Source: an uncultured Acidimicrobiaceae bacterium
GTDB lineage: Bacteria; Actinomycetota; Acidimicrobiia; Acidimicrobiales; UBA8592
NCBI GenBank assembly: GCA_963716795.1
Contig: CAVQUE010000015.1
Span: 754,069-818,068, forward strand
DNA: 64,000 nucleotides
Reading direction: 5' to 3'
Of the stretch, positions 28,575 to 39,203 are shown one piece after another. The notes under the pieces were generated by a model. That model was not told the DNA's origin. It did not search any database and worked only from the letters and a program-made list of their open reading frames with translations. The position numbers were made by a program, and so were the translations under genes. Each line of letters starts with the position of its first letter. Position 1 is the stretch's first letter.

Positions 28575-31289
28575 TCACTCGTAGCTGATGGCCTCCAACA
28601 CGTTGAGCTTCGCAGCTCGGCGTGCAGGGAAGTAGGCGGCGATGAGGCCGGCGACCGCGGCCACGATCAGGTAGGTGATCATCGATCCCCACGGGATCGA
28701 CAGGGTGTCGACGAAGTCGTCGGGGATGATCTGCACGCAGGCGGCGCCGAAGATCACGCCGAGGCCCACACCCAGAACGCCACCGAAGAGGGCGACGATG
28801 ACGCCTTCGCCGCGCACCATGCGCTTGACCTGCCTGCGGGTACCGCCGACGGCGCGGGTCAGGCCGATCTCGCGTGTGCGCTCGAACACCGACAGGGCCA
28901 GGGTGATGGCCACGCCCAACAGGGCGAGAATGACCGACACGAACAACAGCACGTTCACCACCGTGAGCGTCTGGTCGATCTGGCTCTCCTGTTCGGCCTG
29001 GAACTCGTCTTTGGTGAACGTGTCGAGTTGGGCGAACGAGGCGATGGCCTCTTGCACAGCGACTTGTGCGTCGGCGGTGTCGACACTCTCGGCGGCGATG
29101 GCGGTGACGAACAGGTCCACGGGATCGACCGTGGTGGTCGAGCCCCGCAGCAACTCGGTGTCGACGACCCAGCCGGTGTCGAAGATGGCCAGGTTGTCGA
29201 AGATGCCGGCAACGGTGAGTTCGGTCGTGCTGCGGTCCACCAACTCGATCTCGAACCTCGATCCGACGCCGACCCCGAGGTCGTCGGCCTCGTCGGTGTG
29301 CAGCAACACGGCGTCGGGACCGAACAGCGATGGGTCGACCTCGACGATCTCGGGATCGAAGTGCGCTTCGACGGTCGCGAGTTCGGTTGCGTAGGCGCTG
29401 CGGGCATCGCCGTCGACGGTGGTGGCGAATTGATCGGGGAGGAACTGGACCGACAGCACCGAGGAGATCTCCGGGAGTGCGCCGATGGTCTCGGCGACCT
29501 CAGGGCTGAACCCACCGGTTCCGGGGGGTCCGTTGGTGTCGCCGAGCACGATGAGATCGGCGGATACCGAGTCGTTCAAGACGTCGGCGAAGGTGGCCTT
29601 GAACGACGCGGCAATCACGGCCACGGTGGTCACCAACGCGAGGCCGATCATCAGCGCCGACGCTGCCGTGGCGGTGCGTTGCGGGTTGCGGCCGGCGTTC
29701 TCGCGAGCGAGACGGCCGGGCACCCCGAGACGTCCGATGGGTGCGCCGAGGAACCGCGCTGCGGGGGTGGCGAACGTCGGGCTGATGAGATTGAGCCCGA
29801 GAAACGCAGTGAGCGCAGATGCGCCGAGCAGGGCGAGCAGCATCGACGCCCGCAGGTCTGCCGTCATCGCGATACCGATGAGCACGGCGGCCATGGCGAC
29901 CAACGAGAATCGGCCGTAGCGGTCGTTGAGTCGCATGGTTCCCAGGTAGATCAGGATCGAGGCAACGACGGTGAGGATGAGCAACAGCAGGTACTCGTCG
30001 AGGACGAATCCCATGACCACCGCCAGGATGCCCACCAGGGTGAGGATCGTGCCGAGCACCGGATTGGGTGCGGTCCCTTGGTCCGGCTGGACGTCGGCAC
30101 GCAGCGCCGCCATGGGCGAGACCTGCCGGGCGCGCAGCGCCGGCCAGATCGCCGCAGCCATGGTGAGGCCGATGCCGAGGATGGCACCCACGATGATGGT
30201 CGTCGGGCGCAGGGGCGTGGACAGGTTGTCGGGCCCGAAGTCGAGTGCTGCGAGCAGGGCCTGGAGTCCCGCTGCGATCGGGAGCCCCAGCAGGATCCCG
30301 ACCACGGTGGCGAACACGCCGACGAGGAACGCTTCGAGCGCGATCGACTGGGTGACCTGCTTGCCGGTGGCGCCCAGCGCGCGGAGCAGGCCGATCTCCT
30401 GGATCCGCTGGCCCACGACGATGGAGAAGACGTTGTAGATGATGAACGCGGCGACCAGCAGGATCACGAACGCGAACACCAGCAGGATCGTCCGGAAGAT
30501 GTCGATGAACTCGTTGAACTCCGCAGCTTGTTCGCCCGCAACCTCCTCGACCGGGACGACCTCGAGCCCGTCGGGAACCGCATCACTGACGGCTGCCGAC
30601 ACGGCATCGCCGTCGGCGCCCTCGGCGAAGGTCACCGTGATGTCGTCGTAGCCGACGCCCTGATTCAACAGGCGCGTCGCCGTCTCGGTCTCGAAGGCGA
30701 CCAGCACCGCGCCGGCGATGGCGGTCTCCTCGGGGTCCGCGAAGTTGAGGGTGCCCACCAGGGTGAAGTCGTCGGTACCGGATCTGGTCTGCACCGAGTA
30801 GGTGTCGCCGATGACCAGGTCGTTCTCCTCGGCGATGATCGCCTCGATGGCGAACTCCGACTCGGTCGCCGGCGGGCGGCCCTCGTTGAGGAACAGCGTC
30901 GGATCCGGTGTCGCCTCATCCCAGTTGACCCCGATGTTGGGGCCGGTACCGGTGATCGGCTCACCGTCGGAGTCCTTGGGCAGGACGCCGATGTCGAAGA
31001 TGCGGGGCTGTACTCGTGCGACACCGTCGATGCCTTCGAGGGTCTGGCGGACCTCGATGGGAACCGGCGCCGCGTTCTCGCGTTCGCCGAAGGGGATCTC
31101 GGAGCGAACGGCGACGTCGTAGCCGGTCTCGATGTCCTGGCTGAGGTCGCCGAAGGTCTCGCGCAGGCTGTCGGTGAAGACGAAGACCGCAGAGGTGAGC
31201 GCCACGCCGACGAGGACGGCGAGGGAGGTGAGCAGGAAGCGACCCGGCCGGGCCCGGACGCCGCGCAGAGCGAGCTTGAAGAGGGTCAT
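28575..31289 (-). CDS. ABC transporter permease, double FtsX-domain (MacB-like) type
   Basis: 904 aa. MTLFKLALRGVRARPGRFLLTSLAVLVGVAL. Two FtsX modules, each with LLRALGATGKQV / LTRAVGGTRRQV motifs, and large extracytoplasmic domains. Confidence 0.92.
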   Translation of the reverse strand: MTLFKLALRGVRARPGRFLLTSLAVLVGVALTSAVFVFTDSLRETFGDLSQDIETGYDVAVRSEIPFGERENAAPVPIEVRQTLEGIDGVARVQPRIFDIGVLPKDSDGEPITGTGPNIGVNWDEATPDPTLFLNEGRPPATESEFAIEAIIAEENDLVIGDTYSVQTRSGTDDFTLVGTLNFADPEETAIAGAVLVAFETETATRLLNQGVGYDDITVTFAEGADGDAVSAAVSDAVPDGLEVVPVEEVAGEQAAEFNEFIDIFRTILLVFAFVILLVAAFIIYNVFSIVVGQRIQEIGLLRALGATGKQVTQSIALEAFLVGVFATVVGILLGLPIAAGLQALLAALDFGPDNLSTPLRPTTIIVGAILGIGLTMAAAIWPALRARQVSPMAALRADVQPDQGTAPNPVLGTILTLVGILAVVMGFVLDEYLLLLILTVVASILIYLGTMRLNDRYGRFSLVAMAAVLIGIAMTADLRASMLLALLGASALTAFLGLNLISPTFATPAARFLGAPIGRLGVPGRLARENAGRNPQRTATAASALMIGLALVTTVAVIAASFKATFADVLNDSVSADLIVLGDTNGPPGTGGFSPEVAETIGALPEISSVLSVQFLPDQFATTVDGDARSAYATELATVEAHFDPEIVEVDPSLFGPDAVLLHTDEADDLGVGVGSRFEIELVDRSTTELTVAGIFDNLAIFDTGWVVDTELLRGSTTTVDPVDLFVTAIAAESVDTADAQVAVQEAIASFAQLDTFTKDEFQAEQESQIDQTLTVVNVLLFVSVILALLGVAITLALSVFERTREIGLTRAVGGTRRQVKRMVRGEGVIVALFGGVLGVGLGVIFGAACVQIIPDDFVDTLSIPWGSMITYLIVAAVAGLIAAYFPARRAAKLNVLEAISYE

Positions 31290-31297
31290 GTCGGTTC

Positions 31298-32062
31298 TCA
31301 GTCGCCCAGGGTCTTCATGCGGTCGAAGACGGCCTCGCTCGTGGGCTCGAGCATCTCGTCGATGATCCGGCCGTCGGCCAGGAACACGACCCGGTCGGCG
31401 TAGCCCGCCGCGACGGGATCGTGGGTGACCATGACGATGGTCTGGCCGAGTTCACGAACGGCGCGGCGCATGAAGTCGAGGATCTCGGCGCCGGTGCGGC
31501 TGTCGAGGTTGCCGGTGGGTTCGTCGGCGAAGATGATCTCGGGTCGGCTCGCCAGCGCACGCGCGACGGCGACGCGCTGTTGCTGGCCGCCGGAGAGTTC
31601 GTTGGGGCGGTGACCGATGCGGTCGGCCAGGCCGACGGTGGTGACGACCTGGTCGAGCCATGCCTCGTCGGGCGATGCGCCGGCCAGCGACATCGGCAGC
31701 GTGATGTTCTCCATGGCCGTGAGGGTGGCGATCAGGTTGTAGGCCTGGAAGATGAAGCCGACACGCTCGCGGCGAAGCAGCGTGAGATTGCGTTCGGAGA
31801 GCGTGGTGAGGTCGACGTCGCCGATGAACACCTGTCCGGAGGTGAGCTCATCGAGACCCGCCATGCAGTGCATCAGCGTCGACTTCCCCGAGCCCGACGG
31901 GCCCATGATCGCGGTGAACTGACTGGTCGCGAAGTCGATGTCGACGCCGTCGAGCGCTCGGACCTCGGTGTCGCCGGCGCCGTAGATCTTGGAGGCGCCG
32001 ATGGCGCGGGCGGCCACGCCGGCAGCCGGTGGCGCGTGGGGAGCGTCGGGGGAAATGGTCAT
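31298..32062 (-). CDS. ABC transporter ATP-binding protein (MacB/LolD type)
   Basis: Start at ATG 32062 behind GAGGAG. GPSGSGKSTLMHC, LSGGQQQRVAVARAL, IFADEPTGNLD, VMVTHD. Confidence 0.93.
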   Translation of the reverse strand: MTISPDAPHAPPAAGVAARAIGASKIYGAGDTEVRALDGVDIDFATSQFTAIMGPSGSGKSTLMHCMAGLDELTSGQVFIGDVDLTTLSERNLTLLRRERVGFIFQAYNLIATLTAMENITLPMSLAGASPDEAWLDQVVTTVGLADRIGHRPNELSGGQQQRVAVARALASRPEIIFADEPTGNLDSRTGAEILDFMRRAVRELGQTIVMVTHDPVAAGYADRVVFLADGRIIDEMLEPTSEAVFDRMKTLGD

Positions 32063-32257
32063 CGTGGGGGTCTCCTCGTTCTCGATGGTCACGCTAGGAC
32101 GGTCGGGTCGCTCCGGCGTCCATCTCCGGGGTGATCGTGGGCTCCGTCGTGCGGGGGACCCTCGGGAGCGGCTCGTCCCACCGTAGGTATGAGCGGCGCG
32201 GTTGGCCATCGGTGATGACCCTGACGGGGCCCTGACGTCGGGACGCTTCGGCGACGC

Positions 32258-32920
32258 TCACGGTGTGGGACGGACCAGGCCGCTCTCGTAGGCGGCCACC
32301 ACGGCTTGGACCCGGTCGCGTACAGCGAGCTTCATCAGCACTCGGCTGACGTGGGTCTTCACCGTCGCTTCGCCCACGATCAGCGATTCGGCGATCTCGG
32401 CGTTCGACAACCCTCGCGCCATCAGGCGCAGGACGTCGAGCTCTCGCTCGGTGAGGGCATCGAGGCTCGCCGGGGGAGCCGTGTCGCCGGGGTCCTGCGC
32501 TGCGAAGGCCTCGATGAGGCGTCGGGTGACCGACGGAGCGAGCAGCGCATCACCGGACGCGACGACACGGATGGCGGCGACCAGATCCTCCGGCGGCGTG
32601 TCCTTGAGCAGGAAGCCGCTGGCGCCGGCCCGGACGGCCTCGAAGACGTACTCGTCGAGGTCGAAGGTGGTCAGGATCAACACCTTCGCGTCGATGTCGT
32701 CGGCTTCGATGCAGCGGCGCGTCGCGGCGATGCCGTCGAGCTCGGGCATGCGGATGTCCATGAGCACGACGTCGGGGCGCGTGCGCTGACACAGCTCGAG
32801 GGCTTCTCGACCGTTGGTGGCCTCGCCGACGACCTCGATGTCGGCCTCGGCGTCGAGGATCATCGAGAAGCCCGCTCGCATCAGCGCCTGATCGTCGACC
32901 ACGGCCACCCGCAACGTCAT
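32258..32920 (-). CDS. NarL/LuxR-family response regulator
   Basis: MTLRVAVVDDQALMR..DVVLMDIRMPELDG receiver domain. C-terminal HTH LTERELDVLRLMARGLSNAEIAESLIVGEATVKTHV. Confidence 0.93.
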   Translation of the reverse strand: MTLRVAVVDDQALMRAGFSMILDAEADIEVVGEATNGREALELCQRTRPDVVLMDIRMPELDGIAATRRCIEADDIDAKVLILTTFDLDEYVFEAVRAGASGFLLKDTPPEDLVAAIRVVASGDALLAPSVTRRLIEAFAAQDPGDTAPPASLDALTERELDVLRLMARGLSNAEIAESLIVGEATVKTHVSRVLMKLAVRDRVQAVVAAYESGLVRPTP

Positions 32921-34191
32921 GCGTTCACCTCGGTGCCGAGGGTTGCGACCGGTGGGCTCGCCACCGGGAGCTCGGCCCTGACCGCGAACCCGCCACCGCG
33001 CCGTGGACCAGCGGTGAGCGTGCCGCCGTAGAGCCCGATGCGTTCGCGCATGCCGACCAGGCCGTGTCCGCCCTCGCTGTCGAGCGCTGCCGACGCGCCG
33101 CGGCCGTCGTCGACGATGTCGAGCGCCAGCGTTCGCTCGTCGACGGTGATGGTGACCTCGGTGGAGGCACGACCGGCGTGTTTGAACACGTTGGTGAGCG
33201 CCTCCTGGACGATCCGATAGGCCGTCAACGCGAGGCCTGCGGGGACGGCGTCGGTCGCGCCCTGGCGATGCAGCTGGACCTCCATGCCGGCGGCACGGCA
33301 TCGGGCGACGAGGTCGTCGATGCCGTCGAGGCCGGGTTGGGGTTCGAGGCTGTGGTGATCGTCGCTCCGCAGGACGCCGACGATGCGGCGCATCTCGGTC
33401 AATGACTCGCGGCCGGTGTCCTCGATGGTCTGCAGGGCCTCGGTCGCGCGAGCGGCATCGATCGACACCATGCGTCGGGCCGCGCCGGCCTGGACGACCA
33501 TCACGCTCATCGAGTGAGCGACCACGTCGTGGAGTTCGCGCGCAATACGAGCACGCTCGTCGAGGACTGCTCGCTGCGCGTCGCTGCGGCGTTCGGACTC
33601 TGCGAGCTCGGCGCGTGCCTCGACCTCGGCGAGATACGCCCGGCGGTTCCACATGCTGTCGCCGATTGCCGTCGCCACCGACAGGACCGTCACGATCGCC
33701 GCGAGTGAGCCGAAGCCGATGTCGTCGACGTCGCTGATGATCCCTGACACGACGACGAGCACCGAGACACCGATGAGGGTTCCCGCTGCCATCCAGGCCC
33801 GGCGCCGGTTGGGTTCGTTGGCCATGACCGAATAGAGCGCGACCAGCAGCGCAGCCTCGAAGGTCGTGGCGTAGTCGCCGACCCAGAACAGCCAGCTGCA
33901 GGTGGCCACGAAGGCCATCACGGCGACCGGCCAACGGCGTCGGAAGGCCAGCGAGAGGTGCGCGGCGCAGGCCAGGGCAATGCTGGCGACGCCCGCGTCT
34001 TGTTCCGAACCCGTCGGCGTGGCTGCGATGTGGCCGACGACGGCCAACATGGTCAACAGCAATGCGAAGAGGGTGTCGGTCAGCAGCGGCCGACCAGAGA
34101 ACCAGTCGGTCAGGTTGGTGACGAATCGCCCGTAGGTGGCGGTCGGAGCGAGGCCGGTGCGGGTGCGACGCGACGAGTTCATCGGTGCCAC
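32917..34191 (-). CDS. Sensor histidine kinase (HisKA_3 / DesK-LiaS type)
   Basis: Multi-TM N-terminus, H-box RARIARELHDVVAHSMSVMVVQAGAA, and an HATPase region NVFKHAG...DDGRG...GHGLVGMRER. Its stop overlaps the response regulator start (ATGA). Confidence 0.9.
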   Translation of the reverse strand: MAPMNSSRRTRTGLAPTATYGRFVTNLTDWFSGRPLLTDTLFALLLTMLAVVGHIAATPTGSEQDAGVASIALACAAHLSLAFRRRWPVAVMAFVATCSWLFWVGDYATTFEAALLVALYSVMANEPNRRRAWMAAGTLIGVSVLVVVSGIISDVDDIGFGSLAAIVTVLSVATAIGDSMWNRRAYLAEVEARAELAESERRSDAQRAVLDERARIARELHDVVAHSMSVMVVQAGAARRMVSIDAARATEALQTIEDTGRESLTEMRRIVGVLRSDDHHSLEPQPGLDGIDDLVARCRAAGMEVQLHRQGATDAVPAGLALTAYRIVQEALTNVFKHAGRASTEVTITVDERTLALDIVDDGRGASAALDSEGGHGLVGMRERIGLYGGTLTAGPRRGGGFAVRAELPVASPPVATLGTEVNA

Positions 34192-34292
34192 GCTAGCGAA
34201 GCGGATGGTGCCGGTCGTCCCCCACGCAGCGGATGGGGGGGTCCGCCGTCAAGGGGACCCGCCAGTGATCATGCGTCGGGCACGACAGCCGA

Positions 34293-34925
<633 letters not shown>

Positions 34926-34988
34926 GATGATGCTCCTCGTGGATGGGCCTCTGTGATGAGAGGCGCGTGGTGCGGAATGGGCGGGACA

Positions 34989-35015
34989 CAATCCCGACTT
35001 GCTGAGTCGGGATTG
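34989..35015. promoter_or_regulatory. Perfect 11-bp inverted repeat in the divergent peroxiredoxin/SGNH promoter region; candidate operator
   Basis: CAATCCCGACT-TGCTG-AGTCGGGATTG, 64 bp upstream of the Prx ATG. Confidence 0.35.
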
Positions 35016-35132
35016 GTCGTCACCCTAGCCGCCCAGCATGTGAGCGCAAGGCCTGCGCCGCGAGGCCTTCCGAACACGCGCAGTGTCCGGGGCGACATCA
35101 TCGCCGGACTCGGCGTCGGTACGGTTGACGCC

Positions 35133-36500
35133 GTGTCCGCTTCCCGCCCTGCGCTTCGCGCCGGTCTCCGCCGCGCCCTCGGAGGCGTCGTCGTTGCCGC
35201 CGTCGCGCTGCTGGCTGCGTGTGGAGGTGGGCCGGACATCTTGTCGCCCGGCGAACGCGACGGAGCTGCTGGCCGAGAGTCCGACAACGGCGACGCTGCG
35301 GCCGACCCCACCGGCACCCCGGGCGTCGACACCTCGGCCGGACCCGGCGAATCCACATCGCCGGAGCCGACCGTTGCGCCCACCCTGTCGGAGCTGACCG
35401 TCACCGTCGACGACGTCAGGGCAACGGTCGGTCAGCCGGTGGCCGTGACCGTCGACGTCGACACCGCCGGCACGGTTGCGGTGACCTCGACCGAACTCGT
35501 CGGGGAGCCCGCCGGCGTCAGCGAGGACGGCACCTGGACGCCCGAGACCGCCGGGACCTGGGACGCGACGTTGCGGGTCATCGATGATCTGGGCAGAACC
35601 AGCGACCACCCGATCCGATTCATCTCCCGGTACCCGGCGAGTCCCGACACGCTGGTGGGCATCGGCGACTCCATCGCCAGCGGCCACGGGCTGCAGGTGA
35701 GCGACTATCTGGGTCGCGACCCATGCTTTCGCTCCGACGATGGCTACCCCCACCTGGTGACGTCCGGGTTGATCGAACGCGGCATCTTCGGCGCCGGTGG
35801 CCGTACCTACGTCGTGGCGTGCAGCGGCGCGGGCGTCGACGAGGTCTCGAGCGCACTCGTCTCGGGCGGCTCGCCCAACTGGGCCCCGTCGGGCGTCGAC
35901 GCACTCACCCAACTCGATTGGGTCATCCGTGCCAATCCCGCCGTGGTGACCGTCACGGTGGGCATCAACGACATCGGCTTCGTCGAACCCGCAGATCTGA
36001 TCGTCGGTGCCCGCCTCGACGACGCAGTGTTCGACGCTCGGGTCGCAGCGATGGCCGACGGACTCGACGCACTGGTCGACCGCATCGTCGACACGACCGA
36101 CGCGACCGTCGTGGTCACCGGCTACTACAACCCGGCTGCAGCTCGACCACAAGGGGTCGAGGGCTGTCGCCTCGACTGTTTCCGCGCCCTCACCGACGAA
36201 GCCGTAGATCGCCTCGACGCCGCCATCGCCGATGCCCTGCCGGACGACCCGCGGGTGCGATTCGTCACGCTCAGCGACTCATTCGCCGACCACGGTGCGC
36301 CGAACGGGCTGGGACTCGACAGCGCACGCGCCGGCGACGGTGTGCTGGGGGAGCTCTTCGGTGGGCCCTTCGTCGGGACGCAGTCCTACTGCGCCCGGGG
36401 CGACACGGTCGGCGAGTCGTGGGTCAACGCTCTCGACTGCGTGCACCCCGACGACGAAGGGCACCGTCAGATCGCCGCAGCCGTGCTCGGTGCGCTCTGA
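35133..36500 (+). CDS. Secreted lipoprotein with a beta-rich middle domain and a C-terminal SGNH/GDSL hydrolase domain
   Basis: GTG 35133. Lipobox VVVAAVALLAAC-GGG. SGNH blocks VGIGDSIASGHG, VTVGINDIG and DCVHPDDEGH. The upstream part of the 723-aa ORF is antisense to Prx and was discarded. Confidence 0.8.
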   Translation: MSASRPALRAGLRRALGGVVVAAVALLAACGGGPDILSPGERDGAAGRESDNGDAAADPTGTPGVDTSAGPGESTSPEPTVAPTLSELTVTVDDVRATVGQPVAVTVDVDTAGTVAVTSTELVGEPAGVSEDGTWTPETAGTWDATLRVIDDLGRTSDHPIRFISRYPASPDTLVGIGDSIASGHGLQVSDYLGRDPCFRSDDGYPHLVTSGLIERGIFGAGGRTYVVACSGAGVDEVSSALVSGGSPNWAPSGVDALTQLDWVIRANPAVVTVTVGINDIGFVEPADLIVGARLDDAVFDARVAAMADGLDALVDRIVDTTDATVVVTGYYNPAAARPQGVEGCRLDCFRALTDEAVDRLDAAIADALPDDPRVRFVTLSDSFADHGAPNGLGLDSARAGDGVLGELFGGPFVGTQSYCARGDTVGESWVNALDCVHPDDEGHRQIAAAVLGAL

Positions 36501-36534
36501 CGGGCCGAGCACTCCAACGCGGCGCGGGGCTGTG

Positions 36535-37062
36535 TCAGCTGACCCGGTCGCCGAGCGGCGGCACCGCACGCCGACGCAGCATGGCCAGGCGTTCGGTGTC
36601 GGCGGGGAACTGCCACAGCCGCTCGAGCCACGCCTCCCGATACGCGAGATAGACGCGCTGCTGGTCCGCCGCGGTTTCCCGGTCATTGCGCTCGGCTGCG
36701 CTGCGCATCGATGCCGCCGAGGCCCGCAGGGCGCTCAGTTCGCCGCGCATCTCCACGAAGGGGTGCTCGTCGGTGGCCACGACCAATGCCGCGTCCACCT
36801 GCTCGAGCGATGCCGGTTCGACGGTGCGTGGCACGGGACCGCCGATCTCGTCGTGGAGGTCGATGAAATCGACGAGCGCTGCTCCGTACTCGAGATGCCA
36901 GTTCGCCAGGGCCACGCGATGGTTCGCATTGGTGTCGGGTCGGTGCCGCGTGGGGAGCTCGAGGTCGTCGGCGCTCGGGCGCGGCCGGGTCGCCAGGTGG
37001 ATGACGGCCGCGATCGCGATGCACCCGAGGATGATCAAGGCGGGATAGACGACATCGGTCAC
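36535..37062 (-). CDS. Hypothetical membrane-anchored protein
   Basis: 175 aa. N-terminal TM VVYPALIILGCIAIAAVIHL. Coding-like bias, no recognised family. Confidence 0.55.
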   Translation of the reverse strand: MTDVVYPALIILGCIAIAAVIHLATRPRPSADDLELPTRHRPDTNANHRVALANWHLEYGAALVDFIDLHDEIGGPVPRTVEPASLEQVDAALVVATDEHPFVEMRGELSALRASAASMRSAAERNDRETAADQQRVYLAYREAWLERLWQFPADTERLAMLRRRAVPPLGDRVS

Positions 37063-37385
37063 AGCCCAGAGGCTACTCGGTGCGCACGTGCTGTCCGAAC
37101 GGGGCAGGTGGCGCAGCCGGTGATCGAAACCCCCCGGAGATCACCGGCTGCGTCAATGCCACCCGTGGACTCCCTCGCCGCTACAGCTGCCCCCCGGTCA
37201 TCTGCTCGGGCGACGGAGTCGGTGTGTCGAATGGCACAGTACACAGCGGCGCGGGCATGGGCAAGGTCGCCACGAAAACGTCATGCACTTGACGCGGAGG
37301 CGACATCGGCATGACGCGAGTCAGGCCAGGAGATGGCGTCGGATCGGCAGGCCGCGGTTGACGCCCGCCAGCCCGGGACTGCCCG

Positions 37386-37559
37386 TCAGGAGACGACCTT
37401 GACCTGCGGCGGGGGTGCTTCCATCGTGCGATGCCCGCCACAGTGCCAACACGCGTCGCGCAACGTCCCGCGCCAGGTGACATCGCAGTCGGGACACGCC
37501 ACCGTGAGTTTCTGGGGACGTAGCCGCGTGACCTTGCTGGCGCGGCGGGGACGGCTCAT
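37386..37559 (-). CDS. Small zinc-ribbon protein (57 aa), hypothetical
   Basis: MSRPRRASKVTRLRPQKLTVACPDCDVTWRGTLRDACWHCGGH..., with paired CxxC motifs. ATG at 37559. Confidence 0.4.
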   Translation of the reverse strand: MSRPRRASKVTRLRPQKLTVACPDCDVTWRGTLRDACWHCGGHRTMEAPPPQVKVVS

Positions 37560-37657
37560 GGACGGGATCGTACGACCACCCGCAGTGGCCACTGGTGGAT
37601 GGTGCCCCGGCCGGTAAGGTGGCCCGACCCGTGTCAGCCACCCGAAAGAACCACGCC

Positions 37658-38215
37658 ATGGCCGCCCCCGAATGCCCCGCAGCCGACGGATCCAGCCCCC
37701 GTCAGACCTCGTTCTCGGGCCCACCGCCGATGTGCATCGATCCCTCGAAGACCTACTCGGCGACGATGGACACTTCGCTGGGCGAGATGGTCATCCACCT
37801 CGATGCCGCCGGCGCACCCCAGACGGTCAACAACTTCGTGTTCTTGTCCCGCTACCACTACTACGACGGCCTCATCTTCCACCGCATCATCAACGGTTTC
37901 ATGTGCCAGGGCGGCTGCCCCGACGGTCGCGGCACCGGTGGCCCCGGCTACCGGTTCGCCGACGAGCTGCCCGCCAAGGGTCGCTACGAGATCGGATCGT
38001 TGGCGATGGCCAATGCCGGACCCGACACCAACGGCAGCCAGTTCTTCATCATCACCGGGGCCAGCGGTGTCGGTCTGCCACCGAGCTATTCGCTGTTCGG
38101 CAAGGTCGTCAAGGGGCTCGATGTCGCGGACGCCATGCAGCGTGTGGCGACGGGGTCCGGTGACAAGCCGGTGGAAGACGTCACGATCAACTCGGTGACG
38201 ATCACCGAGAGCTGA
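37658..38215 (+). CDS. Cyclophilin-type peptidyl-prolyl cis-trans isomerase
   Basis: TVNNFVFLSRYHYYDGLIFHRIINGFMCQGGCP.GRGTGGPGYRFADE...LAMANAGPDTNGSQFFI. Start taken as ATG 37658. Confidence 0.9.
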   Translation: MAAPECPAADGSSPRQTSFSGPPPMCIDPSKTYSATMDTSLGEMVIHLDAAGAPQTVNNFVFLSRYHYYDGLIFHRIINGFMCQGGCPDGRGTGGPGYRFADELPAKGRYEIGSLAMANAGPDTNGSQFFIITGASGVGLPPSYSLFGKVVKGLDVADAMQRVATGSGDKPVEDVTINSVTITES

Positions 38216-38221
38216 GCTCGC

Positions 38222-38644
38222 TCAGTTGTCAGGAATGGTCGAGTCGTCGCCGGCTGCAGGGTCGTCCTCGACACCACCCGCAGCGGGCGGCTCGGCCGGA
38301 ACCTGCTCGCCGCTCGACTCCGGAATGGTGACCACGTCGCCGACCTGAATCGTGTTGGGGTCGGTGATCTGGGGATTCGCCGCCAGCAATTCGTCGAGGC
38401 TCAGGCCGAAACGCTGTGCAACCGTGCTGAGCAGGTCGCCGGCCTCGATCGTGTAGCTGAGTTCTTCGGGTTCGATGACCACCGGAACCGCGGTCGGGGT
38501 GGGGACGACGATCTCGGCGAGCACCTCCGGTGTGACGTCTTCGGGACGCTCGGCGTTGGTGGGCTCGTCATCGCCCCCGCAACCGGCCCCGATCGTGGCC
38601 ACGACCAGTGCACCTGCCATCACCAGCGCGCTGCCCTTGCGCAT
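38222..38644 (-). CDS. LysM-domain lipoprotein
   Basis: Lipobox LVVATIGAGC-GG. LysM YTIEAGDLLSTVAQRFGLSLDELLAANPQITDPNTIQVGDVVTIP. Confidence 0.88.
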   Translation of the reverse strand: MRKGSALVMAGALVVATIGAGCGGDDEPTNAERPEDVTPEVLAEIVVPTPTAVPVVIEPEELSYTIEAGDLLSTVAQRFGLSLDELLAANPQITDPNTIQVGDVVTIPESSGEQVPAEPPAAGGVEDDPAAGDDSTIPDN

Positions 38645-38719
38645 CGAACCAACCCCTGTAGCCGTCGAGCGACGGCATGGTAGCCCACGACGGCGCGCCG
38701 CCGCCGGGCTCGGATGTCC

Positions 38720-39079
38720 TCACGCGGTACCGGACGGGATGCGGTCCTTCGGCCACACCGCACCTGCCCCCTCCATGGCATCGATCAGCTCCTCGAGCGG
38801 GTCGCTGCCCGCGCCGAACCCATCGGTGGCGGCGAGGTGGTCGAAGAGCACCCGCATCGCCGTGGCGAGCCCCGCAGGTTGCGGGACGTTGCGGTGCACG
38901 CACCACTCGGACAGCTCGATCCACCACAGGCGCCAGACGTCCTCCTCGGTGAAGGTCGTCGGTCCCCTGCGGACGTCGGCACACGCCAACACGACCGTCA
39001 TCGCGTCGAAGTCGCAGCACACCCCGGTGCGCAGCGCCCACCGTGCCACCGCCGGCGCGGGTGGTCCGGGCATCGACAC
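38720..39079 (-). CDS. Hypothetical protein
   Basis: 119 aa. ...TTFTEEDVWRLWWIELSEWCVHRNVPQPAGLATAMRVLFDHLAATDGF.... Coding-like bias, no family recognised. Confidence 0.45.
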   Translation of the reverse strand: MSMPGPPAPAVARWALRTGVCCDFDAMTVVLACADVRRGPTTFTEEDVWRLWWIELSEWCVHRNVPQPAGLATAMRVLFDHLAATDGFGAGSDPLEELIDAMEGAGAVWPKDRIPSGTA

Positions 39080-39203
39080 TCAACCGGGCGACATCGCGCG
39101 CTCGTCGCGCGGACGCACCCCGGGTCGGAGCGTCACCAGTGGGAACCGGGCGAAGATGTGTCGTCGTCATGGTCCCGAGTATGCGGAGGGGGTGTGACAC
39201 TCG

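Noticed and set aside
28527-31403. 958-aa plus-strand ORF
   Set aside because: It is antisense to a convincing double-FtsX permease, and its sequence is Gly/Asp/Arg/His-rich nonsense.
37181-37306. About 42-codon ORF (MPMSPPRQVHDVFVATLPMPAPLCTVPFDTPTPSPEQMTGGQL) as a RiPP-like precursor
   Set aside because: No RBS, no neighbouring maturation enzymes, and mixed codon bias. The evidence is insufficient.
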